Origin: a virus
Lineage: Duplodnaviria; Heunggongvirae; Uroviricota; Caudoviricetes
IMG/VR virus record: IMGVR_UViG_3300033067_001111
Span: 1 to 64,000 of that record
Length of the DNA stretch: 64,000 bases
Direction: 5' to 3' (one strand)
Below are positions 55,559 to 64,000 of the stretch, piece after piece. Under the pieces are notes generated by a model. It did not search any database. It saw only the letters and a program-made list of their open reading frames with translations, and had not been told where the DNA came from. The position numbers and the translations under genes are program-made. Within the stretch, counting starts at the first letter, position 1; each line of letters begins with the position of its first letter.

Positions 55559-56068
55559 ATGGAGATGACTGCCGAAGAGAAATTACTGTACCCGTCGTAC
55601 GCGTACTGGACTTGGCCGTTTGGCGGCCTGTACTTTGCGCCCGACCAACATCGAGAACTTTGGGCACACTTGCCGCTTACCATTTGCTACGGGTCCACGG
55701 ATGAGGACAAGGCCTTTGCCTGCGTCCTAGCCGACTGCCTAGCCCGGTGCCAACCAACATACACCACGCAGTTAGTGGAATTCGGGACCGTAGAGCGCCT
55801 GATGCGGCCTGTGCTCTACGTACATGACGGTCTGATTGAGTTCCGATATGTTGGGGGCAGTAAATACCCACTGCGAACTGGGAGTAGTTTGCTGTCGTGC
55901 ATGGAGCACTGTGTGCGGTATTGGATGGTGGATATGATGGAGGCCTGGATGAAGGGTGGTAGCTGTCTATTTGGGTTCAAGGCTGATTTGCTAATAAAGT
56001 TTGATCACTTTGTGCGCGTGGATGAGCCCCAGCCACCTGCGGGCTGCGTGTGGGGCATACAAGAATGA
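55559..56068 (+). CDS. hypothetical protein
   Basis: AAGGAA RBS before the internal MEMTAEEK start. Confidence 0.4.
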   Translation: MEMTAEEKLLYPSYAYWTWPFGGLYFAPDQHRELWAHLPLTICYGSTDEDKAFACVLADCLARCQPTYTTQLVEFGTVERLMRPVLYVHDGLIEFRYVGGSKYPLRTGSSLLSCMEHCVRYWMVDMMEAWMKGGSCLFGFKADLLIKFDHFVRVDEPQPPAGCVWGIQE

Positions 56069-56799
56069 CACTGGAAAGGGAAGTGGCTAAGGCCCATCTT
56101 GATCTTTGGGGTGTGGGTTGTGGTCAGCATCTGGGTGGTAAGTGGGGAGGCTGGGTCACTCCTCTGTCGTTTGTGGCCGATTATGAGTTCACCCTGGGCG
56201 TGGTCCACGACTGTGTGGAGGATCAGGCGTTAAGGGAGTTACTGGCCCGGGAATTTGAGTGTCGGGTGGTACGTGGTCAAGGCCATATAACGCTGTACTT
56301 GGAGAGTGGCCAACCCCTGCGCTGGATGAACTTGTTCGGCCTGTGTGAGGTAGAAGAATTTGAACTGGGTGAGTACGGTGATAAACTGAAGGCAGCTATC
56401 CGCGAGGCTCAGCTGTTCTGGGCACGGAATTTGCTCAACATGTTTCTCACTCTGTACGATCCAGGTACTCTGGGGCAGGTCGCAGGGGTTCCGGGCTGGA
56501 AATATATTTTTGATCTCGGATATCAGAGGCCCCGTACTGAGCAAGAGGCATTGACCGTACAGAACCGAATAAGGGCACAACTGCGCCCCCGGACACCGGC
56601 TGAAATTCATTTATTTTGTAACTGGCTAGACTACCGGAGGCCAGAGCTCCAGGATCAGGTAGATCGCAGCAACTTGCTGGGTGGTGGGCCACGAGCAGAT
56701 TACAATCAGTTGTGGGATGAGTACTTGAATGGGCACAAGGACACTAATTATTTCCTAGAACTCCTGTGCCCGACGCCCCGGGCCGAGGATCAATCATGA
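56050..56799 (+). CDS. hypothetical protein
   Basis: 249-aa ORF. Start may be at 56065 (MTLEREV). Confidence 0.4.
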   Translation: MGHTRMTLEREVAKAHLDLWGVGCGQHLGGKWGGWVTPLSFVADYEFTLGVVHDCVEDQALRELLAREFECRVVRGQGHITLYLESGQPLRWMNLFGLCEVEEFELGEYGDKLKAAIREAQLFWARNLLNMFLTLYDPGTLGQVAGVPGWKYIFDLGYQRPRTEQEALTVQNRIRAQLRPRTPAEIHLFCNWLDYRRPELQDQVDRSNLLGGGPRADYNQLWDEYLNGHKDTNYFLELLCPTPRAEDQS

Positions 56800-57023
56800 G
56801 CTTTGTACTTCCCCCGCCCCCATCCTCACACCTGGTACTGACCGACTGCCAGTTCTACAATAACACCGACTATATTACACTCAATGCGTCGGGCATGTTG
56901 CAGGCCGACATGAACCCCGGACCTTGTCCCAGACCACCCCAGCCCATCCCCCGGCGTTGTGCGTACTGTGGTGGGCGGCTGACAACAGACCAGTGTCCTG
57001 GGTGTGGCGCGCGTCCCCGCTGA
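56796..57023 (+). CDS. small zinc-ribbon protein
   Basis: GAGGA RBS. C-terminal CAYCGG...CPGCG. Confidence 0.4.
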   Translation: MSFVLPPPPSSHLVLTDCQFYNNTDYITLNASGMLQADMNPGPCPRPPQPIPRRCAYCGGRLTTDQCPGCGARPR

Positions 57024-57307
57024 TAGCAGTATATTAAGTATATTAAGTGTATGAGTGAAACGCCAACAATTCCCTTCCGGGATCTGGACAGTGCCCTTTG
57101 GTGGCTCTTCCAGCTGCAGAAGAACCTATATCAGACCCAGGGATATATGTGTGATATCACGAGCGAGTGGGCGGCCTTGGAACATGCTCTGGATCAGGTG
57201 GATGAGGTGAAGATCTTGTTGATGGCGAGCATGGAACAATTTTGTGCCCAAACGGGTGTGGACATGGATAATCTGAAGAGCATGGAGCTGTGGTCGGGGA
57301 GAGGACA

Positions 57308-57940
57308 ATGAGCAATCAACTGGATGGGGATGGAGACGAACAACTTACGACCTTGGTGAATACCATACATCAGGACCTGGAGGCAGGTCTCCGAGGGTAC
57401 CTTGGTGGACCCACAAGTCCTGATGCCCAAAAAGCTATAGTCCAGCGCACAAAACTGATACTGGGCGGTGTTGGCTACAATTTTGATATTTCGGCTGATA
57501 CTCAGGGCCAGGCACTTGGCACTATCCAGGTACAGGTGAGTATTCCTCTGACTCATGATAGTATTTGGGTGTTGGGCGCCCAGTTGTACAAGGGGCCTGC
57601 CCTCAATGAATTACGGGATGAAACTAATTGGCTCCAGCGGGAGGGGTGGGTACTACACAAAGAGCTGGTGAGGGGTGAGGATCAGTACCTCACACAATGG
57701 ACCGATCCCTGGGGTAATATTCACGATTGGCAGCTTACTACAAAGCGAGCAGATGGGCACTACACTATTGAAACCGTGATCACCCATGTGATGGAGCCCG
57801 ACATGGTGGAAGAGCCCGAGCCCCCGAAGAAGTACAATCCTTTCCAGCGCCCAGCATACAGCGGCCAAACTGCTGAGGAGCTGGAGGAGCGATGGGTTAA
57901 GTATCACCTGAGTACGGAGAACGAACATGAACAAGAATGA
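57308..57940 (+). CDS. hypothetical protein
   Basis: GGGGAGAGGA RBS before MSNQLDG. Confidence 0.45.
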   Translation: MSNQLDGDGDEQLTTLVNTIHQDLEAGLRGYLGGPTSPDAQKAIVQRTKLILGGVGYNFDISADTQGQALGTIQVQVSIPLTHDSIWVLGAQLYKGPALNELRDETNWLQREGWVLHKELVRGEDQYLTQWTDPWGNIHDWQLTTKRADGHYTIETVITHVMEPDMVEEPEPPKKYNPFQRPAYSGQTAEELEERWVKYHLSTENEHEQE

Positions 57941-58215
57941 AACGCAGTTGACGGACATTGAGCGGCAGTTGATTACTGCCAGCCGACGGGCGGGGAAGAC
58001 ATTCGCCGTACAAGACCTGATAGAATTGCGATTGAAGTTGAAGGAACTTCCGCACATGACCCCCGAGCAGTATGTTGAGTACTTGACGGCAAAGCGGGAA
58101 GCCCTGTTCGTGGACCAGGTTACAGGAGACTGATCTGAAGTAGAAAGTTTAAGTCTACCCCTCTATTGGTGCAGGTCTATCTCCCGACGGGAGTTCGCGG
58201 CCTAGGGCTTAGACT

Positions 58216-58818
58216 ATGAACGATTTTCTACAGGGATTGCACGGTTGGCAATATGTTTGGGCAGTGGTTATTACCACTGCCGCTTCGTTTTTGGGAACCT
58301 GGGGCCGGCAGTGGTTGGCGGGGCGCCGGACGCAGAAATCTGCCAAGGCCATTGAGGGTATGGCCCAGATATACGATGTCCTTAACGAACTTTCAGCGCG
58401 TACGGAGTGCGACAGAGCACTCATCCTGTACACGTCCAACGGTGGGGGCATTCCCAGTACCAAGAGCCCAGTTTACACCACCATCCTCTACGAACTTGTC
58501 CACGGCCCCCATCTTGACCCCATACGCCAAAATTTCCAGCAGGTACTGATCGACGGGGGATACGTCAGGGTGTTGAACGAGGTACTGTCCACAGGCGGGT
58601 ACCAGGCAACGGTCCAGGACGTGCCGCGCGGATTCCTCCGGGACCTGTATGAGGCGGAGGGCGTACACCACGTACGTATGTGTGAATTACTGCGAACCCC
58701 CGAGCGCTATTACTTCCTCGCCCTGCGGTGGATGGGAAGTCCTCCACCCGACGCCCAGATTGAATTAGCGGTGCTCACAGCCCAATCCCAGATCAAGAAA
58801 TTGCTAGAAACCTACTAG
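58216..58818 (+). CDS. membrane-anchored hypothetical protein
   Basis: 200 aa, N-terminal TM helix. Confidence 0.4.
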   Translation: MNDFLQGLHGWQYVWAVVITTAASFLGTWGRQWLAGRRTQKSAKAIEGMAQIYDVLNELSARTECDRALILYTSNGGGIPSTKSPVYTTILYELVHGPHLDPIRQNFQQVLIDGGYVRVLNEVLSTGGYQATVQDVPRGFLRDLYEAEGVHHVRMCELLRTPERYYFLALRWMGSPPPDAQIELAVLTAQSQIKKLLETY

Positions 58819-58837
58819 TATATTAGGAAACAACAAC

Positions 58838-59110
58838 ATGGAACTAACAAAGTTTAAGGATTTGCTATCGGGGGGCAGTGTGGTGCGTCCGGAACTACCA
58901 CCCATGGGCCAGGATTTTTGTGAACTTCTGGAGTCACATGGTGAGGTGCAGCTGGATATGGCTTCGGGCAAGAAGTACAGTGTGCACCTGGGTGACACGG
59001 GGATGATCACAGACCGCGCACTTACCGTCCGGTTGTTTGATGGTCGTCTGATCAAAATCAACTGGGAACAGGTTGAGACCGTGTGGTTCCATCTGGGCAA
59101 CGACGATTAG
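58838..59110 (+). CDS. hypothetical protein
   Basis: 90-aa ORF, last gene of the plus-strand block. Confidence 0.4.
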   Translation: MELTKFKDLLSGGSVVRPELPPMGQDFCELLESHGEVQLDMASGKKYSVHLGDTGMITDRALTVRLFDGRLIKINWEQVETVWFHLGNDD

Positions 59111-62100
59111 CGGAAGAATTGGCGGACTATGGTCTCGCCCAACTCCCCAAGTACACGCGCAGCTCTGGTATCGTGTCCAAATACAGAGCTCGCGATGTGC
59201 TGTACACTGTTAAGGACTTCGTGTTCTGCACCCGCACCCAGCCTGCTTAGTGCCCCGCTGGCCAGCAGCGCGCTGTCCGCACCCTGAAGCAAGTTGGCCT
59301 CGGCCCGCTGCGCAATGCGCTGGGCTTCGTCCGCCGTCGTCTGACCGACAGCCGCCCGCAGATGTCGTTCGGTCTCCATCAACTCGGGTGCCAGGGCATC
59401 AAATACCCCCGTACTCTCAAGGCCAAAGTTCTTGATATAGTCCATACCCCCGGCATCACCCGCTCGGTGGATTGGGGCCAGCGGCAAACCACTGTGCTTG
59501 GCCAACTGCTGCGCAGCGTACAACACCTGGTCGTCGCCCTCGGCAATAACGTCGCGCACACTACCAGCATGCAACAGCCCCCAGTGCTGGGCGTGGCCCG
59601 CCCCCACCCGCTGCAGGCCCGCATCCGCGATCTCCGTACTGTTCAGTACCTGACCCTCAAGTTCTCGGTACGTGGCAAGGCGCCCACCGCTCGTCGCCAG
59701 CTGCAGGCTGAATCCTGGTTCGTGCTCTCCCTGGCCCACGGCCGTGGCCCACAGCTGGCTACCGGGCTCCGATGACTCGTCTACAACCGTCTGCGCCATG
59801 TGTAGTAATTGATCAAGTTCCTGGGCACTGGGATCTGCTGTGCGTCCAACCATCTGCCGCATGGTTTCTAACGCCCGTCGGTTGGCGGTCGTCGGACGCT
59901 TGGCCGCTAACCGCTCAAGGACTTCGGGCAGTGTACCACGTACAGCCTGGCCCTCAACGGGTACCAAGTTATCTACACGCTCTACACTGCCATCGGCATG
60001 GCGGAGTTCAAAATTCAAGTTCGTGAAGAACGAGGCGATCTTCCGCGTACCGCTCACCTGCTTGGTGATTCCCGCGGCGTCCGCCAATTCCGCCTGTGAC
60101 AGCCAGCGTTTGTTGCTCGCCGCCCATTCCTGTACGTTCTGCGCACTGGTGAAGCCCGATTCCTGTCCCAGAAGATCTAGGCCCTTAATGCTGCTTTCGC
60201 CCGAAGACCCTGAGAACTTTTCTCGTACTCGGCGTCGGATTTCAGCCTCACTGTCTATGGGTACACCATCATTGTCCCGTGCCCATTTCGCCATCTCCCA
60301 GGCCAAATCCTCATAGGCCTTGACATCCAACTGCACAAGGGCGTTATTTACCTCACGCCAATCACTGTTAACGCCCTGGACCATAGCCGTTTGGTAGCGA
60401 CCCAGGTTAGTGCCCTCCGCCAATCCCTGTCGGGCAATGGTCTGGGCATAGCGTCCTGTTCCATTCATCTTGTACGGTGCTGCTAACTGGTTTTGTACCA
60501 GAAGACTGGTATGGGCTTCTACCTGCTGTTCACTGCCAGCTAGCCATCCACTGTCCGTGAGCAGTGCGCGACTGGCATACTGCTGAACACCGGTAGGGTA
60601 CTGGGGCATACCCTCGGCCTCCGACCATCTAATTTCCTGTGCCCGCAAGTTGGTAGCTACCCTCTGAGTAGCTTCCAGCACCCCACGCCAACGATGTCCG
60701 CCCTCAGCCAAGAACTCATAGCGCTGTACGAGCTGGGAGGCAGCAGCGGGTCCCGAGCGCAGGACTTGCCACACACTGTCCTCCGTCATGTTCAAGACAC
60801 GTGCTAGTTGACGGACTTTGGCCACGGCCTCGTTATCACCCCGCATGAGACCTGCATAATCCCAGCGACCCTTTAGCTGACCAACAACTCGCATACCACC
60901 TGGTGCACTGGGGTCCATTACCTGCATGCTGGATGTGAACTTGTCATCGGCCATCAACTCCTGTTCAAAAGCCTGCCAGGGACTAACTTTGCCCTCGGCC
61001 GAAATCACAGGCATCATCAACAAACCATGATACAGGTCTGTACCGTCTGCCCCCTGCTCAATTCTGTTGAACACGGGCAGCAGTTCGCCGGTCGTCGGAT
61101 CCCGCATGCCTATGACCTGGGCCTGTGGCATTTGATCTACGCGCTTACCCAGATTTCGGACATCAAACAGCCCAGTATCGCGCAGGAACCCTACTGGTGA
61201 TCGGCCCTCCAACTCTACGCGTGCTGCTGCTTGGGGTCTGGCGATGGGTACGGGCCGCGCATATCGTGCGCCGTCGGCGTCCACGCCCTTCAACATACCT
61301 GTGCGCATGGCGTAAATGCCTTCACGCAGATCTCCACCTGCCATCAGATGGCTGATGAGTTCATTAAACTGACCTGTAGACTGCTGAAGGAGTTGTTTCT
61401 GGCTGTACAGTGCTTGGATGTCACGTTTAAAGCCCAGGGTGAAGCCCTTGAGAATGCTCTCCATCTCACCACGACCCTTCTTCTGGGCCTGGATGACGGT
61501 TTCAAGTACTTGGCGAGCTCCTTGCGGACCGCCCTCCAACTTCATGAGCTGGGCGCGGGCCATGAACACGGTCAGTCGTCCACGATCCTCCAAAATCCAC
61601 TGGCGCTCGGCGGACGGCAGTGCGTTCAACATTGACAAGCCCTGTACATGTTGCAGGGCTTCCATGGCGTTTGTCGTCTGTCCGATGGCCGAACCCATCT
61701 CGTTAATAGATTTGCGGACAGCGTTCTCCACATGTTGGCGACTGCTGTCCCACAATTTCTCTCGGTACGACTTCCACAGTTTCTGGGCAAGGCGATGCGG
61801 GTTTTGACCACCCAGGAAATCCACACCCTTCAACAACTCTAGGTCTTGGGCTACACCCCTCAACCCCTGGGCTTTGCGCTCAAACCAGTGTCCAGCATCA
61901 GGCCGTGCACCAGTCAGCAACGTACCAGGATACTCAGGTATGTGGTACCACTTAGCATACTCGCGATCCATGGCGTCAACCAATCGCGTTTGGAGCACGA
62001 TCTTACGGTCACCGTCCGCGTCGTTCTGCATCTGGGCCTCAACGACCTCAGCACCATACAGCCGACTTTGGCGTTGACCCATTCCATTATCCATACGCTG

Positions 62101-62703
62101 GATATAGGCGTAGGACCGCAGGTATGCTGGGAGCTTGCCACTGTACGGAAGGAACAGTTTGCTGTGTTCGCGGGGGAGAAATATCTCGCTGGGCAGCAGC
62201 ATGCTCAGACTGGTACCAAACGACATGTTGACGGACTGTGACTGCTCCATAGCTAGCCCGCCAATGCCCTTCATTGCCTGCCAGGCGCGTTCTACACGCT
62301 CCCCCGTCCGATAGGGGCTGGAGTTCATTAAGCTGATTCCCGTGTCCATCTGGATGGCCCTGTGCAGCTTCTGCATCAGGGTCATGGTCTCAATGGCATG
62401 GACGGGTCCTGGCTGGATCCGACCAACAAGTCCCAGGATATGGGTGGACAGCAAATTGCCTTCATCATCCACCTGCAAAGGTACTCTAAAGGATTTGAGA
62501 TTTAGGCGCTGGGCAGTGGCGCCCAACCACGGGTGTTGCACAAAAAGCCCGTCAGGCAGATTGAATTCCACAATCCGCATGTTGGTTCCCAGTTGGATAC
62601 CGGCCCGCTCCGTCTGCTCGCGGGGTACGATATGGTACATACCCTGGGCACGCGCCTGCGCGCGCTCGGCTAATTCCTTGGATATGCCCTGATTAAATCT
62701 CAC
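59107..62703 (-). CDS. very large hypothetical protein (1198 aa), probably internal virion/ejection protein
   Basis: 3.6-kb uninterrupted ORF, A/G/Q/R-rich, no catalytic motif recognised. Confidence 0.6.
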   Translation of the reverse strand: MRFNQGISKELAERAQARAQGMYHIVPREQTERAGIQLGTNMRIVEFNLPDGLFVQHPWLGATAQRLNLKSFRVPLQVDDEGNLLSTHILGLVGRIQPGPVHAIETMTLMQKLHRAIQMDTGISLMNSSPYRTGERVERAWQAMKGIGGLAMEQSQSVNMSFGTSLSMLLPSEIFLPREHSKLFLPYSGKLPAYLRSYAYIQRMDNGMGQRQSRLYGAEVVEAQMQNDADGDRKIVLQTRLVDAMDREYAKWYHIPEYPGTLLTGARPDAGHWFERKAQGLRGVAQDLELLKGVDFLGGQNPHRLAQKLWKSYREKLWDSSRQHVENAVRKSINEMGSAIGQTTNAMEALQHVQGLSMLNALPSAERQWILEDRGRLTVFMARAQLMKLEGGPQGARQVLETVIQAQKKGRGEMESILKGFTLGFKRDIQALYSQKQLLQQSTGQFNELISHLMAGGDLREGIYAMRTGMLKGVDADGARYARPVPIARPQAAARVELEGRSPVGFLRDTGLFDVRNLGKRVDQMPQAQVIGMRDPTTGELLPVFNRIEQGADGTDLYHGLLMMPVISAEGKVSPWQAFEQELMADDKFTSSMQVMDPSAPGGMRVVGQLKGRWDYAGLMRGDNEAVAKVRQLARVLNMTEDSVWQVLRSGPAAASQLVQRYEFLAEGGHRWRGVLEATQRVATNLRAQEIRWSEAEGMPQYPTGVQQYASRALLTDSGWLAGSEQQVEAHTSLLVQNQLAAPYKMNGTGRYAQTIARQGLAEGTNLGRYQTAMVQGVNSDWREVNNALVQLDVKAYEDLAWEMAKWARDNDGVPIDSEAEIRRRVREKFSGSSGESSIKGLDLLGQESGFTSAQNVQEWAASNKRWLSQAELADAAGITKQVSGTRKIASFFTNLNFELRHADGSVERVDNLVPVEGQAVRGTLPEVLERLAAKRPTTANRRALETMRQMVGRTADPSAQELDQLLHMAQTVVDESSEPGSQLWATAVGQGEHEPGFSLQLATSGGRLATYRELEGQVLNSTEIADAGLQRVGAGHAQHWGLLHAGSVRDVIAEGDDQVLYAAQQLAKHSGLPLAPIHRAGDAGGMDYIKNFGLESTGVFDALAPELMETERHLRAAVGQTTADEAQRIAQRAEANLLQGADSALLASGALSRLGAGAEHEVLNSVQHIASSVFGHDTRAARVLGELGETIVRQFFR

Positions 62704-62764
62704 TTCAAAATAGAGGTCCTCTACTTAAACGTACATTGTACCATGTATGAAGGAAGGTCATCGA

Positions 62765-63196
62765 ATGTCTGATAGTCAGCGCCCGGAACGAGACCCAGAA
62801 CTTGTTTTGCCCCTAACCGTGTTTCAGGATGTAGTCCGTTACCCAGATTTGGTAATGGTCCTGTCCTATGAATCAAGTGAGGGGTGGTTTGCGGACTACA
62901 ACAAAATAGTTAAGATCGTGGGCATTGACGATCAGCTTTTTGGCCAGTATACTGAGGGAGATCGAAGTGCGCAGTTTACTGGTCATGTTTTTTACGACAT
63001 TTGCCAGATTCGAGAATGCCGAGTACGCGACGTTAAGGTCATTGAGTGGATGAAGAACTTGGGACCCCAAACACCCCGCGATTGGATGCAGTATAAGCGC
63101 AAGGGTCCAAACTCACCAGTCCGCGTCTATCATATGAATAAGGTTACGTACAACCTGCGGGCGTTCAACAAAGAGTTTGGTTGGGGAATGAGATAA
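62765..63196 (+). CDS. hypothetical protein
   Basis: GAAGGAAGG RBS before MSDSQRP. Confidence 0.4.
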   Translation: MSDSQRPERDPELVLPLTVFQDVVRYPDLVMVLSYESSEGWFADYNKIVKIVGIDDQLFGQYTEGDRSAQFTGHVFYDICQIRECRVRDVKVIEWMKNLGPQTPRDWMQYKRKGPNSPVRVYHMNKVTYNLRAFNKEFGWGMR

Positions 63197-64000
63197 TGTC
63201 TGAGATCAATCAGTGGACGGGGGACACAAATTTCAGCCTGTCGGTGGCTGAAATTCAAGCACACCGGAAGGATTTAGCTGTTAGGGCCCAGAACTTTGAA
63301 CTGGTGAAGCCCGTGAGTGAGGCGGAATTTGATCTGGCACTTGACTGGTTGTTTAACTTCCTGCTGTTTGATGTCAAGAGTTGGCAGCCTGAGTTGATCA
63401 AGGATCCTCAGCTGCGAAGAGATTTACCTATCCTCCAGAGTTTTCCCCTTTTCTGTAAGGGTGAGGGCCGACCCCGGGATCCAGACGATGAGACGGATCG
63501 TGGGGAGCCTGGCTGCCGATATTTTAAGGTCTGCCCCATTATGCGTGCACTGCCTCCCGATAAGCAACGGGAGCTGGTGGGTGCGCCCTGCCGTGTGGAT
63601 AAGCACGAGGGTGTTCGGAATTTTACATCGCAGGTCAAGGAGTTGGGGATTACCCCCGACGAGACGTCAGCCATCATCCAAGTAGCGCAGCTTGTCAGAC
63701 TACTGGTCTTGCAGCGACGTATTGACTGGGAATTTGCGCTGAACGACATCATGTATAATGAGGTAGCGGGATTCAATCCCATTACGGGACAACCTGCTTA
63801 CGAGAAGCGTGTTAACCAGTTGATGAAAGAAAGTCGGGCGATTGAAACCCAAATCAGCCGACTCCAGAGCCAGCTACTTGCTACGCGTAAAGATCGAGCA
63901 CAGGTTGCTCAGGGACTGCGGCCAGCCGATAACAGCATCCGAAATCTATTGCAGGACGCTGTACGTGCTGAAGAGGCGCGGGAGAACGCTAAGCGGGCTC
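63196..64000 (+). CDS. hypothetical protein, 5' part (ORF open to the window end)
   Basis: ATG at 63196 (ATGA overlap with the previous gene). No stop through 64000, so it is absent from the ORF track. Confidence 0.45.
   Translation, partial: MSEINQWTGDTNFSLSVAEIQAHRKDLAVRAQNFELVKPVSEAEFDLALDWLFNFLLFDVKSWQPELIKDPQLRRDLPILQSFPLFCKGEGRPRDPDDETDRGEPGCRYFKVCPIMRALPPDKQRELVGAPCRVDKHEGVRNFTSQVKELGITPDETSAIIQVAQLVRLLVLQRRIDWEFALNDIMYNEVAGFNPITGQPAYEKRVNQLMKESRAIETQISRLQSQLLATRKDRAQVAQGLRPADNSIRNLLQDAVRAEEARENAKRA

Noticed and set aside
1-64000. CRISPR array or other regularly spaced direct repeats
   Set aside because: No run of near-identical 25-40-nt repeats with unique spacers was seen. The only repeat families are short motifs in the 41830-42730 hub.

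Overview
The window looks like part of a large virulent dsDNA bacteriophage genome: ribosome-binding sites precede many start codons, genes are tightly packed and often overlap by 1-4 nt, and almost everything is transcribed on the minus strand. The main exceptions are HNH endonuclease genes and one block of small plus-strand genes at 55261-59110.

Positions 1-43000 form an accessory, host-takeover region of moderate GC content. I parse 11 complete tRNA genes there, all on the minus strand, plus three tRNA-half-like fragments. Between them lie tRNA maintenance genes (T4-type polynucleotide kinase/phosphatase, CCA-adding enzyme, a Pth2-type peptidyl-tRNA hydrolase) and an NAD+ salvage operon (NAMPT, a Nudix ORF and an NMNAT as separate ORFs). 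The same region holds a NADAR/YbiA-family protein, a small alarmone (ppGpp) hydrolase-like HD protein, a PP2C phosphatase and two sigma region-4-like proteins. It also holds a PPAT-like (HxGH) nucleotidyltransferase-HD fusion next to a dephospho-CoA-kinase-like kinase, tandem SPFH (band-7) paralogues, two Nudix hydrolases, an ATP-grasp protein and a vWA protein. The remaining calls are a type IV pilin-like gene, a lysis cluster (lytic transglycosylase plus a small lipoprotein) and at least five HNH homing-endonuclease genes, three of them clear paralogues.

Positions 43000-64000 have visibly higher GC content. They carry large virion-type ORFs (1052 and 1198 aa), many small membrane proteins, a SLOG/DprA-like plus DUF4326-like gene pair, and the small plus-strand gene block. 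No CRISPR array, rRNA, integrase or transposase was recognised.

All domain calls rest on motifs read by eye from the translations. Coordinates for tRNAs and for genes missing from the ORF track were counted by hand and may be off by a few nucleotides.
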